Below are positions 8,698 through 16,417 of a DNA stretch of 34,595 bases, one piece after another. The notes below the pieces were generated by a model. That model was not told where the DNA came from, made no database searches, and saw only the letters and a program-made list of their open reading frames with translations. The position numbers and the translations under genes were made by a program. Origin of the DNA: an uncultured Clostridia bacterium (GTDB lineage Bacteria > Bacillota > Clostridia > Lachnospirales > Lachnospiraceae); assembly GCA_947088195.1 (NCBI GenBank), contig CAMUFS010000001.1:1-34595 (forward strand). The letters are read 5' to 3'. Position 1 is the stretch's first letter, and every line of letters begins with the position of its first letter.

Positions 8698-8943
8698 TTA
8701 CATGGATTGATGGAAGGTACGGGAGATAACATCGTTCTGTTGCTCTTTTGTCAGCTTAATAAAGTTTACTGCATAGCCGGATACACGGATGGTAAGCTGA
8801 GGATATTTCTCAGGATGTGCCTGTGCATCTAACAAGGTATCTTTATTTAATACATTTACATTCAGATGATGTCCACCTTTTTCTGCATAACCATCTAACA
8901 TAGAAACAAGGTTGTCGATCTGCTGCTCATTAACTGCTGCCAT
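8698..8943 (-). CDS. Stand-alone glycyl-radical domain protein (GrcA/YfiD-like; corresponds exactly to the missing C-terminus of PFL), 81 aa
   Basis: Contains ...[66 protein letters not shown] with the RVSGY radical glycine motif. A perfect SD AAGGAGG lies 8 nt before the ATG at 8943; the track start at 8967 has no SD. Confidence 0.9.
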   Translation of the reverse strand: MAAVNEQQIDNLVSMLDGYAEKGGHHLNVNVLNKDTLLDAQAHPEKYPQLTIRVSGYAVNFIKLTKEQQNDVISRTFHQSM

Positions 8944-8956
8944 AGTATTATCCTCC

Positions 8957-9178
8957 TTATGATTCATCGGTGTCGATCCCTACATGAAGAGTAGGGATCT
9001 GACATGCCATATTTTTTGAATTACATTCGTTTGATTTTGTTTCTTCTATTTGTTTTTTTAATTGGTCGCCAAGTGCATTGACATCAATATTCATATGCCC
9101 TCCGCCTTTGGCCATAAACTGATCGAGCATAGCTACAATATCATCCTCAACCGTTTTATCAGAAATTGGCTTTTGCAT
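8957..9178 (-). CDS. 73-aa ORF: degenerate paralogue of the PFL C-terminal segment without the radical glycine motif (may be a decaying remnant)
   Basis: [25 protein letters not shown] aligns with [25 protein letters not shown] of the next ORF. The C-terminus IPTLHVGID replaces QLTIRVSGY. Only a weak, distant SD (AGGGGTGAG, about 10-13 nt). Its frame differs from the core gene. Confidence 0.45.
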   Translation of the reverse strand: MQKPISDKTVEDDIVAMLDQFMAKGGGHMNIDVNALGDQLKKQIEETKSNECNSKNMACQIPTLHVGIDTDES

Positions 9179-9210
9179 CTGGTTACGCTCACCCCTTTCT
9201 GCGATACCTA

Positions 9211-11316
9211 TTATTTCAAATCGATCTCAAGATCCCCTGCAAATACAGTATCTTCCTTGCCAAGTGCACCCGGAATAATGGAGAACGTATTGGAAATACC
9301 ATCCTGTGCATCTTTGAATGGCAGTTTTGCCACGGATGACAGAGAAGCAAGAGCACCATGTGTATCACGTCCGTGCAGCGGATTAGCGCCCGGAGCAAAT
9401 GGCTGTGTCTTCTTACGTCCGTCTGGTGTGGAACCAGTGTTCTTGCCGTATACAACATTGGAGGTAATGGTGAGGATGGAAGTTGTCGGAACACTCTCTC
9501 TGTAGGTGTAATGGCTTCTTACCATGCTCATAAATTTGTGTACAATTTCAACGGCAATCTGATCAACACGGTCATCGTTATTTCCATATTTCGGGAAATC
9601 ACCCTCTACTTCATAATCGGTGACAACATTTTTAGCGATACCAATTATTTTAAGCTCAGATTTTGCTGTCTGAGGATTTTTTACCTTCTTTGTGATCTCA
9701 ACATCATTTCTCACTACCTTAACCTTAGCGTACTTGATTGCGGAGAGAGAATCTGCCACAACAGATAAACCAGCAATTCCAGTTGCAAAGTATCTCTTTA
9801 CTTTTCTGTCGTGAAGAGCCATCTGCACTTTCTCATAGCAGTATTTGTCATGCATATAGTGGATAACGTTGAGAGTATTGACATAAACCTCTGCAAGCCA
9901 TTTCATCATAGCAGTATATTTGTCCATAACATCATCATAGTCCAGATAATCACCCTCCACTGGTCTGTACTTAGGTCCTACCTGAACACCTGTCATTTCG
10001 TCTACGCCGCCGTTGATGGCATAGAGAAGACATTTTGCAAGGTTTGCTCTAGCGCCAAAGAACTGCATCTCCTTGCCCACTCTCATGGAGGATACACAAC
10101 ATGCGATAGCATAATCATCACCATGTGTCACTCTCATCAGATCATCGTTTTCATATTGAACAGAAGAAGTCTCAATAGAAACCTTTGCACAGAACTTCTT
10201 GAAGTTTGCTGGAAGTCTTGTGGACCACAGTACAGTCATATTTGGCTCTGGAGCTGTGCCCATATTGTGCAATGTGTGCAGGTAGCGGAAGGAAGACTTT
10301 GTCACAAGAGGACGTCCGTCAACGCCGACACCACCGATGGATTCTGTTACCCAGGTCGGATCTCCAGAGAACAGTGCATTGTATTCTGGTGTGCGGGCAA
10401 ATTTAACCAGTCTTAGCTTCATAACAAAATGGTCGATAAATTCCTGAATCTGAGCTTCTGTAAAAGTACCATTCTTTAGATCTCTCTCTGCATAGCAGTC
10501 AACAAATGTGGAGGTACGTCCCAGAGACATCGCAGCACCATTCTGCTCTTTTACTGCTGCCAAATATCCAAAGTAAATCGCCTGAATTGCCTCCTGAACA
10601 TTGGAAGCTGGCTTAGAAATATCACAGCCATAGATCTCGCCAAGGGTCTTTAGATCCTTCAGGGCGCGAATCTGTTCGGATAATTCTTCTCTGTCACGGA
10701 TGACATCGGGTGTCATAGTGTGAGAAGTGGTTGCCTTCTGCTCTTCCTTATCTTTAATCAGGAAATCAACGCCATAGAGAGCAACACGGCGGTAGTCACC
10801 GATAATACGTCCGCGTCCATAAGCATCAGGAAGACCTGTGATAATGTGATTGGAGCGGCATACTCTCATCTCAGGAGTATATGCATCAAATACACCAGCG
10901 TTGTGTGTTTTTCTGTGAACAGTGAAAAATCTCTCTACATCTGGGTCAATGGTATAGCCATTTGTGGTAAGAGCAGCCTTAGCCATATTGATACCACCAT
11001 AAGGCTGTAAGGAGCGCTTAAAAGGCTTATCTGTCTGGAAGCCTACAATTTTTTCCAGATCCTTGTCAAGATAGCCTGCTGCGTGGGAAGTGATAGTGGA
11101 TGGAACTCTGGTATCCATATCAAGGACGCCACCTGCTTCCCTTTCTTTATTTGAGAGCTCCAGCACCTGTGCCCAGAGCTTTGAAGTAGCTTCTGTCGGT
11201 CCTTCAAGGAAGGAATCATCACCTGCATAAGGGGTATAGTTTCTTTGGATAAAGTCTCTGACATCGACTTCGGTTTCCCATTTTCCGCCGACAAAGTCTT
11301 TCCATTCTGGTCTCAT
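9211..11316 (-). CDS. pflB: Formate C-acetyltransferase (pyruvate formate-lyase) catalytic core, C-terminally truncated relative to canonical ~750-aa enzymes
   Basis: PFL blocks are present throughout, including the active-site Cys-Cys ([10 protein letters not shown]). The ORF ends at ...[24 protein letters not shown] followed by tandem stops TAA TAG, so the GGxHLNVNV...RVSGY domain is absent. SD AGGAGG upstream. Confidence 0.95.
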   Translation of the reverse strand: MRPEWKDFVGGKWETEVDVRDFIQRNYTPYAGDDSFLEGPTEATSKLWAQVLELSNKEREAGGVLDMDTRVPSTITSHAAGYLDKDLEKIVGFQTDKPFKRSLQPYGGINMAKAALTTNGYTIDPDVERFFTVHRKTHNAGVFDAYTPEMRVCRSNHIITGLPDAYGRGRIIGDYRRVALYGVDFLIKDKEEQKATTSHTMTPDVIRDREELSEQIRALKDLKTLGEIYGCDISKPASNVQEAIQAIYFGYLAAVKEQNGAAMSLGRTSTFVDCYAERDLKNGTFTEAQIQEFIDHFVMKLRLVKFARTPEYNALFSGDPTWVTESIGGVGVDGRPLVTKSSFRYLHTLHNMGTAPEPNMTVLWSTRLPANFKKFCAKVSIETSSVQYENDDLMRVTHGDDYAIACCVSSMRVGKEMQFFGARANLAKCLLYAINGGVDEMTGVQVGPKYRPVEGDYLDYDDVMDKYTAMMKWLAEVYVNTLNVIHYMHDKYCYEKVQMALHDRKVKRYFATGIAGLSVVADSLSAIKYAKVKVVRNDVEITKKVKNPQTAKSELKIIGIAKNVVTDYEVEGDFPKYGNNDDRVDQIAVEIVHKFMSMVRSHYTYRESVPTTSILTITSNVVYGKNTGSTPDGRKKTQPFAPGANPLHGRDTHGALASLSSVAKLPFKDAQDGISNTFSIIPGALGKEDTVFAGDLEIDLK

Positions 11317-11396
11317 TCGTTATTTCCTCCTAAACATAAAAATTTATAGTTTACTCCGATAGCCGGAGTATTTATCTAAGCTTTGTTTACATCTGT

Positions 11397-11425
11397 ATTA
11401 TATATGAATACTGTATACACGTCAA
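11397..11425 (-). promoter_or_regulatory. Near-consensus sigma-A promoter of the pfl operon
   Basis: On the minus strand, TTGACG (11425-11420), 17-nt spacer, TATAAT (11402-11397), about 80 nt upstream of the pflB ATG. Confidence 0.65.
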
Positions 11426-11507
11426 TATAAAATATATAGATTTCTTGTTCTTTTTTTAGTACAAATGGCATGTTTACAGAGATTGGAAATGGGAGATAAT
11501 GAGAGAG

Positions 11508-11547
11508 AAGAAAACAGCTAACCCGTCAAGAAAAACAGGTTAGCTGT
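11508..11547 (-). terminator. Rho-independent terminator after the DUF1858 gene
   Basis: 10-bp stem ACAGCTAACC (11514-11523) / GGTTAGCTGT (11538-11547), followed on the minus strand by TTTTCTTCTCTC. Confidence 0.8.
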
Positions 11548-11553
11548 GTGTCA

Positions 11554-11763
11554 TTAGCTTGCTTTTGTTGCCAGATATTCGTTTAATGTGTTGACAAGAT
11601 CATCCGCATTAAGTCCATGTACCATTGCAGCTTCCTCAAGGGATTCTCCCTGTGCAGAGGGGCAGCCAATGCAATGCATACCTGCGCTCATCAAAACGGG
11701 CGCGAGATTGGAGTCTATTTGTAAAATATCGTAGATAATCATATCTTTGGAAACCTGTGCCAT
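11554..11763 (-). CDS. DUF1858-domain protein (hybrid-cluster-protein-associated redox disulfide domain)
   Basis: The 69-aa ORF has the DUF1858 pattern (I.DIL...P....VL...[18 protein letters not shown].....L...N). SD AGGAGG upstream. Confidence 0.75.
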   Translation of the reverse strand: MAQVSKDMIIYDILQIDSNLAPVLMSAGMHCIGCPSAQGESLEEAAMVHGLNADDLVNTLNEYLATKAS

Positions 11764-11803
11764 AATTATATCCTCCTGATTAAAATTTTAAATGTGTTGT
11801 CCA

Positions 11804-12583
11804 TTATAATACATTGCCAAGGATTTGTAAAGCGGAGCCATCAATAATTGTCTGGTAGTGTTCACGAAAATATCGTTCCTTTTCAATGGAAAAGCTCTCT
11901 TTTACTCCGTACTCGGATGTAATATTTAACACCTTATTAAAGTCCTGCGGGGTATGGGAGGACTTTGTGAGTACAAGATGATAGATATGCGTTTTCTCGT
12001 CTTTATAGAGAGAATTTCTTCCATAATAAATATTGCCTAGAATATGCGACAGCTTTTCAATCGTCTCAAAATTCTGAAAAGAATAACAGTGTGTCAGATT
12101 GCTCTGAACCTCCTGCTTCTTTGTGCTTCCGGCTTGGATGCCAGAAGGAAGGGAATCTGTGTTTGGTAAAGAATCTGCTTGTGTAGCATCTGTGTCCGCT
12201 GTCTCAGTAAATAGCTCTAACATATCCTCTGCATTGCTAAAGCTAGGTGCAGCATGGATGTCTTCCAGATCTTCCATGTCATCGAGCTCCTCGTAGGGGG
12301 GAGCAAATTTGGAAAAGCGGGTATCCAGTTCTTCGGGATCATCTACCTTAGTGATAATCAGAACGATGGATTCCGCGGACATGGGAATAGCCTCTATCAT
12401 AAGTGGAAGGTCATCGGTCTCAAAACCGACCTCATAAGAAGCTTGCTGCATCATATCACGAAAAAGGTTCTTTGCCTTCTCCGTACCGTAGGCAAGCTCA
12501 CTGATCTTGATCTCACGAGATGCAAGATCATTTTTATTTAATGTACAGCGGATTTGATTATCGTTTATTTTTTCGATCTTCAT
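11804..12583 (-). CDS. mecA: Adapter protein MecA (ClpC adaptor)
   Basis: The N-terminus MKIEKINDNQIRCTLNKNDLASREIKISELAYGTEKAKNLFRDMMQQA is typical of MecA, with an acidic linker and a C-terminal domain. SD AAGGAG upstream. Confidence 0.85.
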   Translation of the reverse strand: MKIEKINDNQIRCTLNKNDLASREIKISELAYGTEKAKNLFRDMMQQASYEVGFETDDLPLMIEAIPMSAESIVLIITKVDDPEELDTRFSKFAPPYEELDDMEDLEDIHAAPSFSNAEDMLELFTETADTDATQADSLPNTDSLPSGIQAGSTKKQEVQSNLTHCYSFQNFETIEKLSHILGNIYYGRNSLYKDEKTHIYHLVLTKSSHTPQDFNKVLNITSEYGVKESFSIEKERYFREHYQTIIDGSALQILGNVL

Positions 12584-12625
12584 AATTTATACTCCTTACT
12601 GATAAATATCCTCTGGCCTGCCTAT

Positions 12626-12654
12626 AGTATAACCGATAAATTACTTCCCGTAAA
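12626..12654 (-). promoter_or_regulatory. Candidate promoter of mecA
   Basis: On the minus strand, TTTACG (12654-12649), 17-nt spacer, TATACT (12631-12626). Confidence 0.45.
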
Positions 12655-12685
12655 GATAAAATCACTATTTGTCGAAAAAAACAGC

Positions 12686-12714
12686 TTGAATTATAAGAAA
12701 AAAGTTGCTATACT
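12686..12714 (+). promoter_or_regulatory. Divergent plus-strand promoter with no ORF immediately downstream
   Basis: TTGAAT (12686-12691), 17-nt spacer, TATACT (12709-12714). The next credible CDS starts at 13172. Confidence 0.45.
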
Positions 12715-13171
12715 GTGTAGCAAGAGATGGGTTCTCCGAAGAAATACTGTTATTTCGGAAAGGAGGACCATTCCATACATTATCATTTATCAGCATATGC
12801 TGCTATATCTAAGTCAGAATAGAATCGCTGACAATTTCCCAAGATTTTTTAATTTTCGAACAGGTTTTTGCTTTGAGATAAGATAAGGTATACTTCAGGT
12901 AGGGTATCCAAAATAAAAAGAAATATCTACTCAGAACAGTATTCTTTGCTGGAAAAATTTGGAAATACAGAATCTTCTTCAGAACACATCTCTAATTTTG
13001 GCACATTTCATGTGAATCGAATAACTAAATGGTTTTATTCGCATTGGTATGCCATCCAGCCGCCAATAAAAGAGGCTGCCAACGAAGAGGAGCAGATAGT
13101 TATCATTTAAATTATAATATATCACAAAAAATAATATGGGATGTGAAGCAGATTACTGAAAGGAGATAAGC

Positions 13172-13426
13172 TTGAGGGTAGATATTGAATTTACTGAATT
13201 TGTCATTTATCAGGAGAGATGGTTAAAATATGAAGAGCTACTGCGGGAGCTGCTGGCCTATCAGAACAGAAGGATAAGACTGTTTCTTAATGGTAGACAA
13301 AGTACACCATATGAGATCACACATGCCTGCATGGCAGCAGAGGAAGGAGTGGAATATATGCGAGATTATATGGGAGATGATAATGGAAAATTAATACAAA
13401 TATCTTTTGATAGAATAAGAGAATAG
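13172..13426 (+). CDS. Hypothetical 84-aa protein (TTG start)
   Basis: The ORF has SD AAAGGAG 6 nt before a TTG start. No family is recognised. Confidence 0.45.
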   Translation: MRVDIEFTEFVIYQERWLKYEELLRELLAYQNRRIRLFLNGRQSTPYEITHACMAAEEGVEYMRDYMGDDNGKLIQISFDRIRE

Positions 13427-13682
13427 ATACTAATATGCAAAGAAAGCCGGCAGATAAAAATATTTATGGAGTTCCCCTCCGTGTGAAAGGAATCTGCCGG
13501 CCGCTTGGAGCGTGGCTGAAAATTCATTCCCACAAACTGTGACATACATCTTGAGGAAAGCGATTTTCAGGCACGCTCTTGATATGTGAAAAGCTTCATA
13601 GATTCTGGGTATCTTTATGGACATAAAAATTAAGGTATGGTATAATGGCACCAGCAAAGATACTACAATAGGAGGATATGGT

Positions 13683-15461
13683 GTGAAGAGGAAATTAATA
13701 CAGATAACAGTGGTGATGGGGCTAATTCTTATAATTGGCATCGGCGCAGGGATTCATACGTTGATTGAGCGTTATCGTCCTTCTACAGAAAGGGAAGATC
13801 TATACACATATTTTGATATAGAAGAAAATAATAGTGAGGATGTTGTGCTTCTGCTTCAGGATGAAACCTTAATTCCATCACGCGCTGAGATTATGGCGAA
13901 ACGTTCAGAGGAAGAGATATACCTTCCCTATGAGCTGGTGAAAGAAAAATTCAATTCTCGTTTTTATTGGGATGAGTCTGCGCAGGCTATGGTATACACT
14001 ACAGCCTATGATATCTATAAATTTCCTGTTGATAGTGACACCTACACATTAAATGGAACAGAGGAGAACTATGGCTGTGAGATTGTGAAAAGAATGGATG
14101 ATAATCTTTATATAAATCTTGATTATGTGAAGGGATGCTCTGATATTTTATATGAATATTATGCAGAGCCAGCGAGATTATTATTGTATCATCAGTGGGG
14201 AGAGATCTCACAGGCAAGGGCGCTTAAGAAGGGCGTGATCCGTGTGCTTGGCGGCATTAAAAGTGAGATACTGGCCGATGTGGAGCCAGAGGAGCTTTTG
14301 ACGGTTTGCTATGAGATGGAGGAATGGGTATGCGTGCAGAATCAAAATGGCGTTCGAGGTTATATTCAGAAAAAATCGCTTGGAGAGCAGAAAAAGGGTG
14401 TGATAGATAATCCTGAATATCAGGAACCAGAATATCCATCGCTGGTGAGTGGGGAAAAGATTAATATGGCATGGCATCAGATGGGAGGTGTCTGTGATGG
14501 CAGTGTGCTTGCATCTGCAATGAATGGGGTGACAGGTGTGAACGTGATCTCTCCTACATGGTTTTTTATGTCGGATAATGACGGAAATCTAGTCTCACTT
14601 GCCAATAAAGACTATGTGAATCAGGCACACAATATGGGGTTAAAGGTCTGGGGGCTGATGGAGAATATAACTTATGATATTAGCACATATCAGATATTGT
14701 CCAATATGAAGAGCAGGGAACACTTAATTGAAGAATTGATGCATTATGCAGATGAGTATAATTTGGATGGAATTAATGTGGATATTGAGTCCTTGAGCTT
14801 TGATGCAGAGGATGCATATATTCAATTTATCAGAGAGCTTTCCATCGCGTGCCGGAAGGCTGGGTTAGTGCTGTCCGTTGATAATTATGTGCCGACGGCG
14901 TCCAGTGCACACTATAATCGAAAGGAACAAGGGATAGTGGTTGATTATGTGGTAATTATGGCATATGATGAGCATTATTCAGGAATGAGTGAAGCGGGTT
15001 CAACGGCATCCATAGGCTTTGTGAAAGATGGGATTGAAAATACCTTAAAAGAGGTTCCAAAGGAGAAGATTATTAATGCAGTTCCATTTTATACACGAGT
15101 TTTTAAGCAGATCCCAGAGTCTGTGGCCACGGAAGCACAGAAACAGAACCTTCCTCTGGTGGAGGACAGTACTTCGGAGTACGGCAGATATTTGTTAGAC
15201 AGCATAGCAGTATCTATGGGGCAGGCAGAAAAGCTTCTTTCTGATCATAATGTTACACCTGTCTGGAATGAGGCTCTTGGACAGTACTATGGAGAGTACG
15301 TCTCAGAGGGATGTAAATATCTGGTGTGGCTGGAGGATTCGACATCAATCGGTCTTAAAGTGGATCTGATTAAGAAATATGAGCTTGCTGGTATTGCGGA
15401 GTGGAGTTTAGGACTTGCAAAATCTTCGGTGTGGGAGATAATTACACAACATCTGAATTAG
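13683..15461 (+). CDS. Glycoside hydrolase family 18 protein with N-terminal membrane anchor and SH3-like domain (YaaH/YdhD-like peptidoglycan/cortex hydrolase)
   Basis: GH18 catalytic motif LDGINVDIE and a TIM-barrel-like C-terminal half, with N-terminal TM LIQITVVMGLILIIGIGAG. A GTG start at 13683 lies 9 nt after AGGAGG; the track start 13617 lacks an SD. Confidence 0.8.
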   Translation: MKRKLIQITVVMGLILIIGIGAGIHTLIERYRPSTEREDLYTYFDIEENNSEDVVLLLQDETLIPSRAEIMAKRSEEEIYLPYELVKEKFNSRFYWDESAQAMVYTTAYDIYKFPVDSDTYTLNGTEENYGCEIVKRMDDNLYINLDYVKGCSDILYEYYAEPARLLLYHQWGEISQARALKKGVIRVLGGIKSEILADVEPEELLTVCYEMEEWVCVQNQNGVRGYIQKKSLGEQKKGVIDNPEYQEPEYPSLVSGEKINMAWHQMGGVCDGSVLASAMNGVTGVNVISPTWFFMSDNDGNLVSLANKDYVNQAHNMGLKVWGLMENITYDISTYQILSNMKSREHLIEELMHYADEYNLDGINVDIESLSFDAEDAYIQFIRELSIACRKAGLVLSVDNYVPTASSAHYNRKEQGIVVDYVVIMAYDEHYSGMSEAGSTASIGFVKDGIENTLKEVPKEKIINAVPFYTRVFKQIPESVATEAQKQNLPLVEDSTSEYGRYLLDSIAVSMGQAEKLLSDHNVTPVWNEALGQYYGEYVSEGCKYLVWLEDSTSIGLKVDLIKKYELAGIAEWSLGLAKSSVWEIITQHLN

Positions 15462-15536
15462 AATAGCGAGGTCTGGAATGATATGCTATTCCACGCATAC
15501 ATTATAGTAATAGTACGATTGCGGGGAATGGGAAGC

Positions 15537-16217
15537 ATGAATAAAAAATGGGAGCTTTTCATGTCACTTCTGTTGATTCTCACAGTATCTTTTATTGCCA
15601 GAAATATAGGCACGATAGAGAGCATGGCTGAGACAGCAGATAGAATAGTGGTGCTGGACGCGGGGCATGGAGGTTCTGATCCGGGCAAGATCGGTGTGAA
15701 CAACGCACTTGAGAAGGACATTAATTTAAGTATTGTATTGAAGGTAAAAGCATTATTAGAGGAAAAAGGCATTACTGTGGTGCTTACAAGGGAGGACGAG
15801 AACGGGTTATATCAGGAATCAGATACCAACAAAAAGCGTTCTGATATGCAGAAGCGTTGCCAGATTATTGCTGACAGCAAATGTAGCATAGCAGTTAGCA
15901 TACATCAAAACAGCTATCATGAAGAAGGAGTGGCAGGCCCGCAGGTCTTTTACTATACCACCTCCACACAAGGGCAACAACTGGCAACTATTATTCAAAA
16001 TGAATTGATTGAGCAGCTTGCGCCGGAGAAGAAGAGGACAGCAAAGCCAAATGATAGTTATTATCTGCTTAAGAAGGCGATCTGTCCGATTGTGATTGTG
16101 GAGTGCGGCTTTTTGAGTAATTGGAATGAGGCTACGCTGCTTGTGACAGAAGAATATCAGCAAAAAATTGCACAGGCGGTCGCAGATGGAATCGAAAAAC
16201 ATTTAAGCTTGCGATAG
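15537..16217 (+). CDS. N-acetylmuramoyl-L-alanine amidase (Amidase_3, CwlD-like)
   Basis: VVLDAGHGGSDPGKIG, SIHQNS and IVECGFLSN motifs, with an N-terminal signal or TM segment. The start is ambiguous (15483, 15528 or 15537). Confidence 0.85.
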   Translation: MNKKWELFMSLLLILTVSFIARNIGTIESMAETADRIVVLDAGHGGSDPGKIGVNNALEKDINLSIVLKVKALLEEKGITVVLTREDENGLYQESDTNKKRSDMQKRCQIIADSKCSIAVSIHQNSYHEEGVAGPQVFYYTTSTQGQQLATIIQNELIEQLAPEKKRTAKPNDSYYLLKKAICPIVIVECGFLSNWNEATLLVTEEYQQKIAQAVADGIEKHLSLR

Positions 16218-16251
16218 GTTTTAGAAACCTTTAAAAATAAAACAGGGAATC

Positions 16252-16280
16252 TTGTAAAAAAATATATATTCTGATATAAT
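16252..16280 (+). promoter_or_regulatory. Promoter of the chemoreceptor gene
   Basis: TTGTAA (16252-16257), 17-nt spacer, TATAAT (16275-16280). It is followed by a ~135-nt leader with nested stems (AGAGTGTG...CACACTCT; CAAAGAGA...TCTCTTTG). Confidence 0.55.
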
Positions 16281-16417
16281 TACGGGTAGGATACCAACGG
16301 ACGTGCGGTTTACACCAGAGTGTGTCTTTTAATTATTTAAGTGGAAGGTGTGACAAAGAGATAGTTGTCTCTTTGATGGCACACTCTAAGCTCACAGGAT
16401 ATAAAAGGAGACGTATT

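Noticed and set aside
8944-9243. The ~270-300 nt between the PFL core and the radical-domain ORF could be a group I intron, as in the phage T4 nrdD glycyl-radical enzyme gene. The two exons would be in the same frame.
   Set aside because: The downstream ORF has a perfect SD plus ATG of its own. The interval encodes, in another frame, a diverged copy of the same PFL segment, which is a duplication signature. I could not identify P1-P9-type conserved intron elements by eye. The idea is kept only as an alternative to test by RT-PCR.
12554-12886. 110-aa plus-strand ORF overlapping the mecA start.
   Set aside because: It begins inside mecA on the opposite strand, upstream of the only plus-strand promoter candidate. 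It has no SD at its start and no recognisable family.
13440-13620. The long-range stem GCCGGCAGAT...ATCTGCCGGC upstream of the GH18 gene could be a riboswitch, since c-di-AMP or other riboswitches often precede cell-wall hydrolase genes.
   Set aside because: I could not match any riboswitch consensus (ydaO, c-di-GMP, TPP, SAM and others) by eye. A single 10-bp stem around a ~40-nt loop is insufficient evidence.
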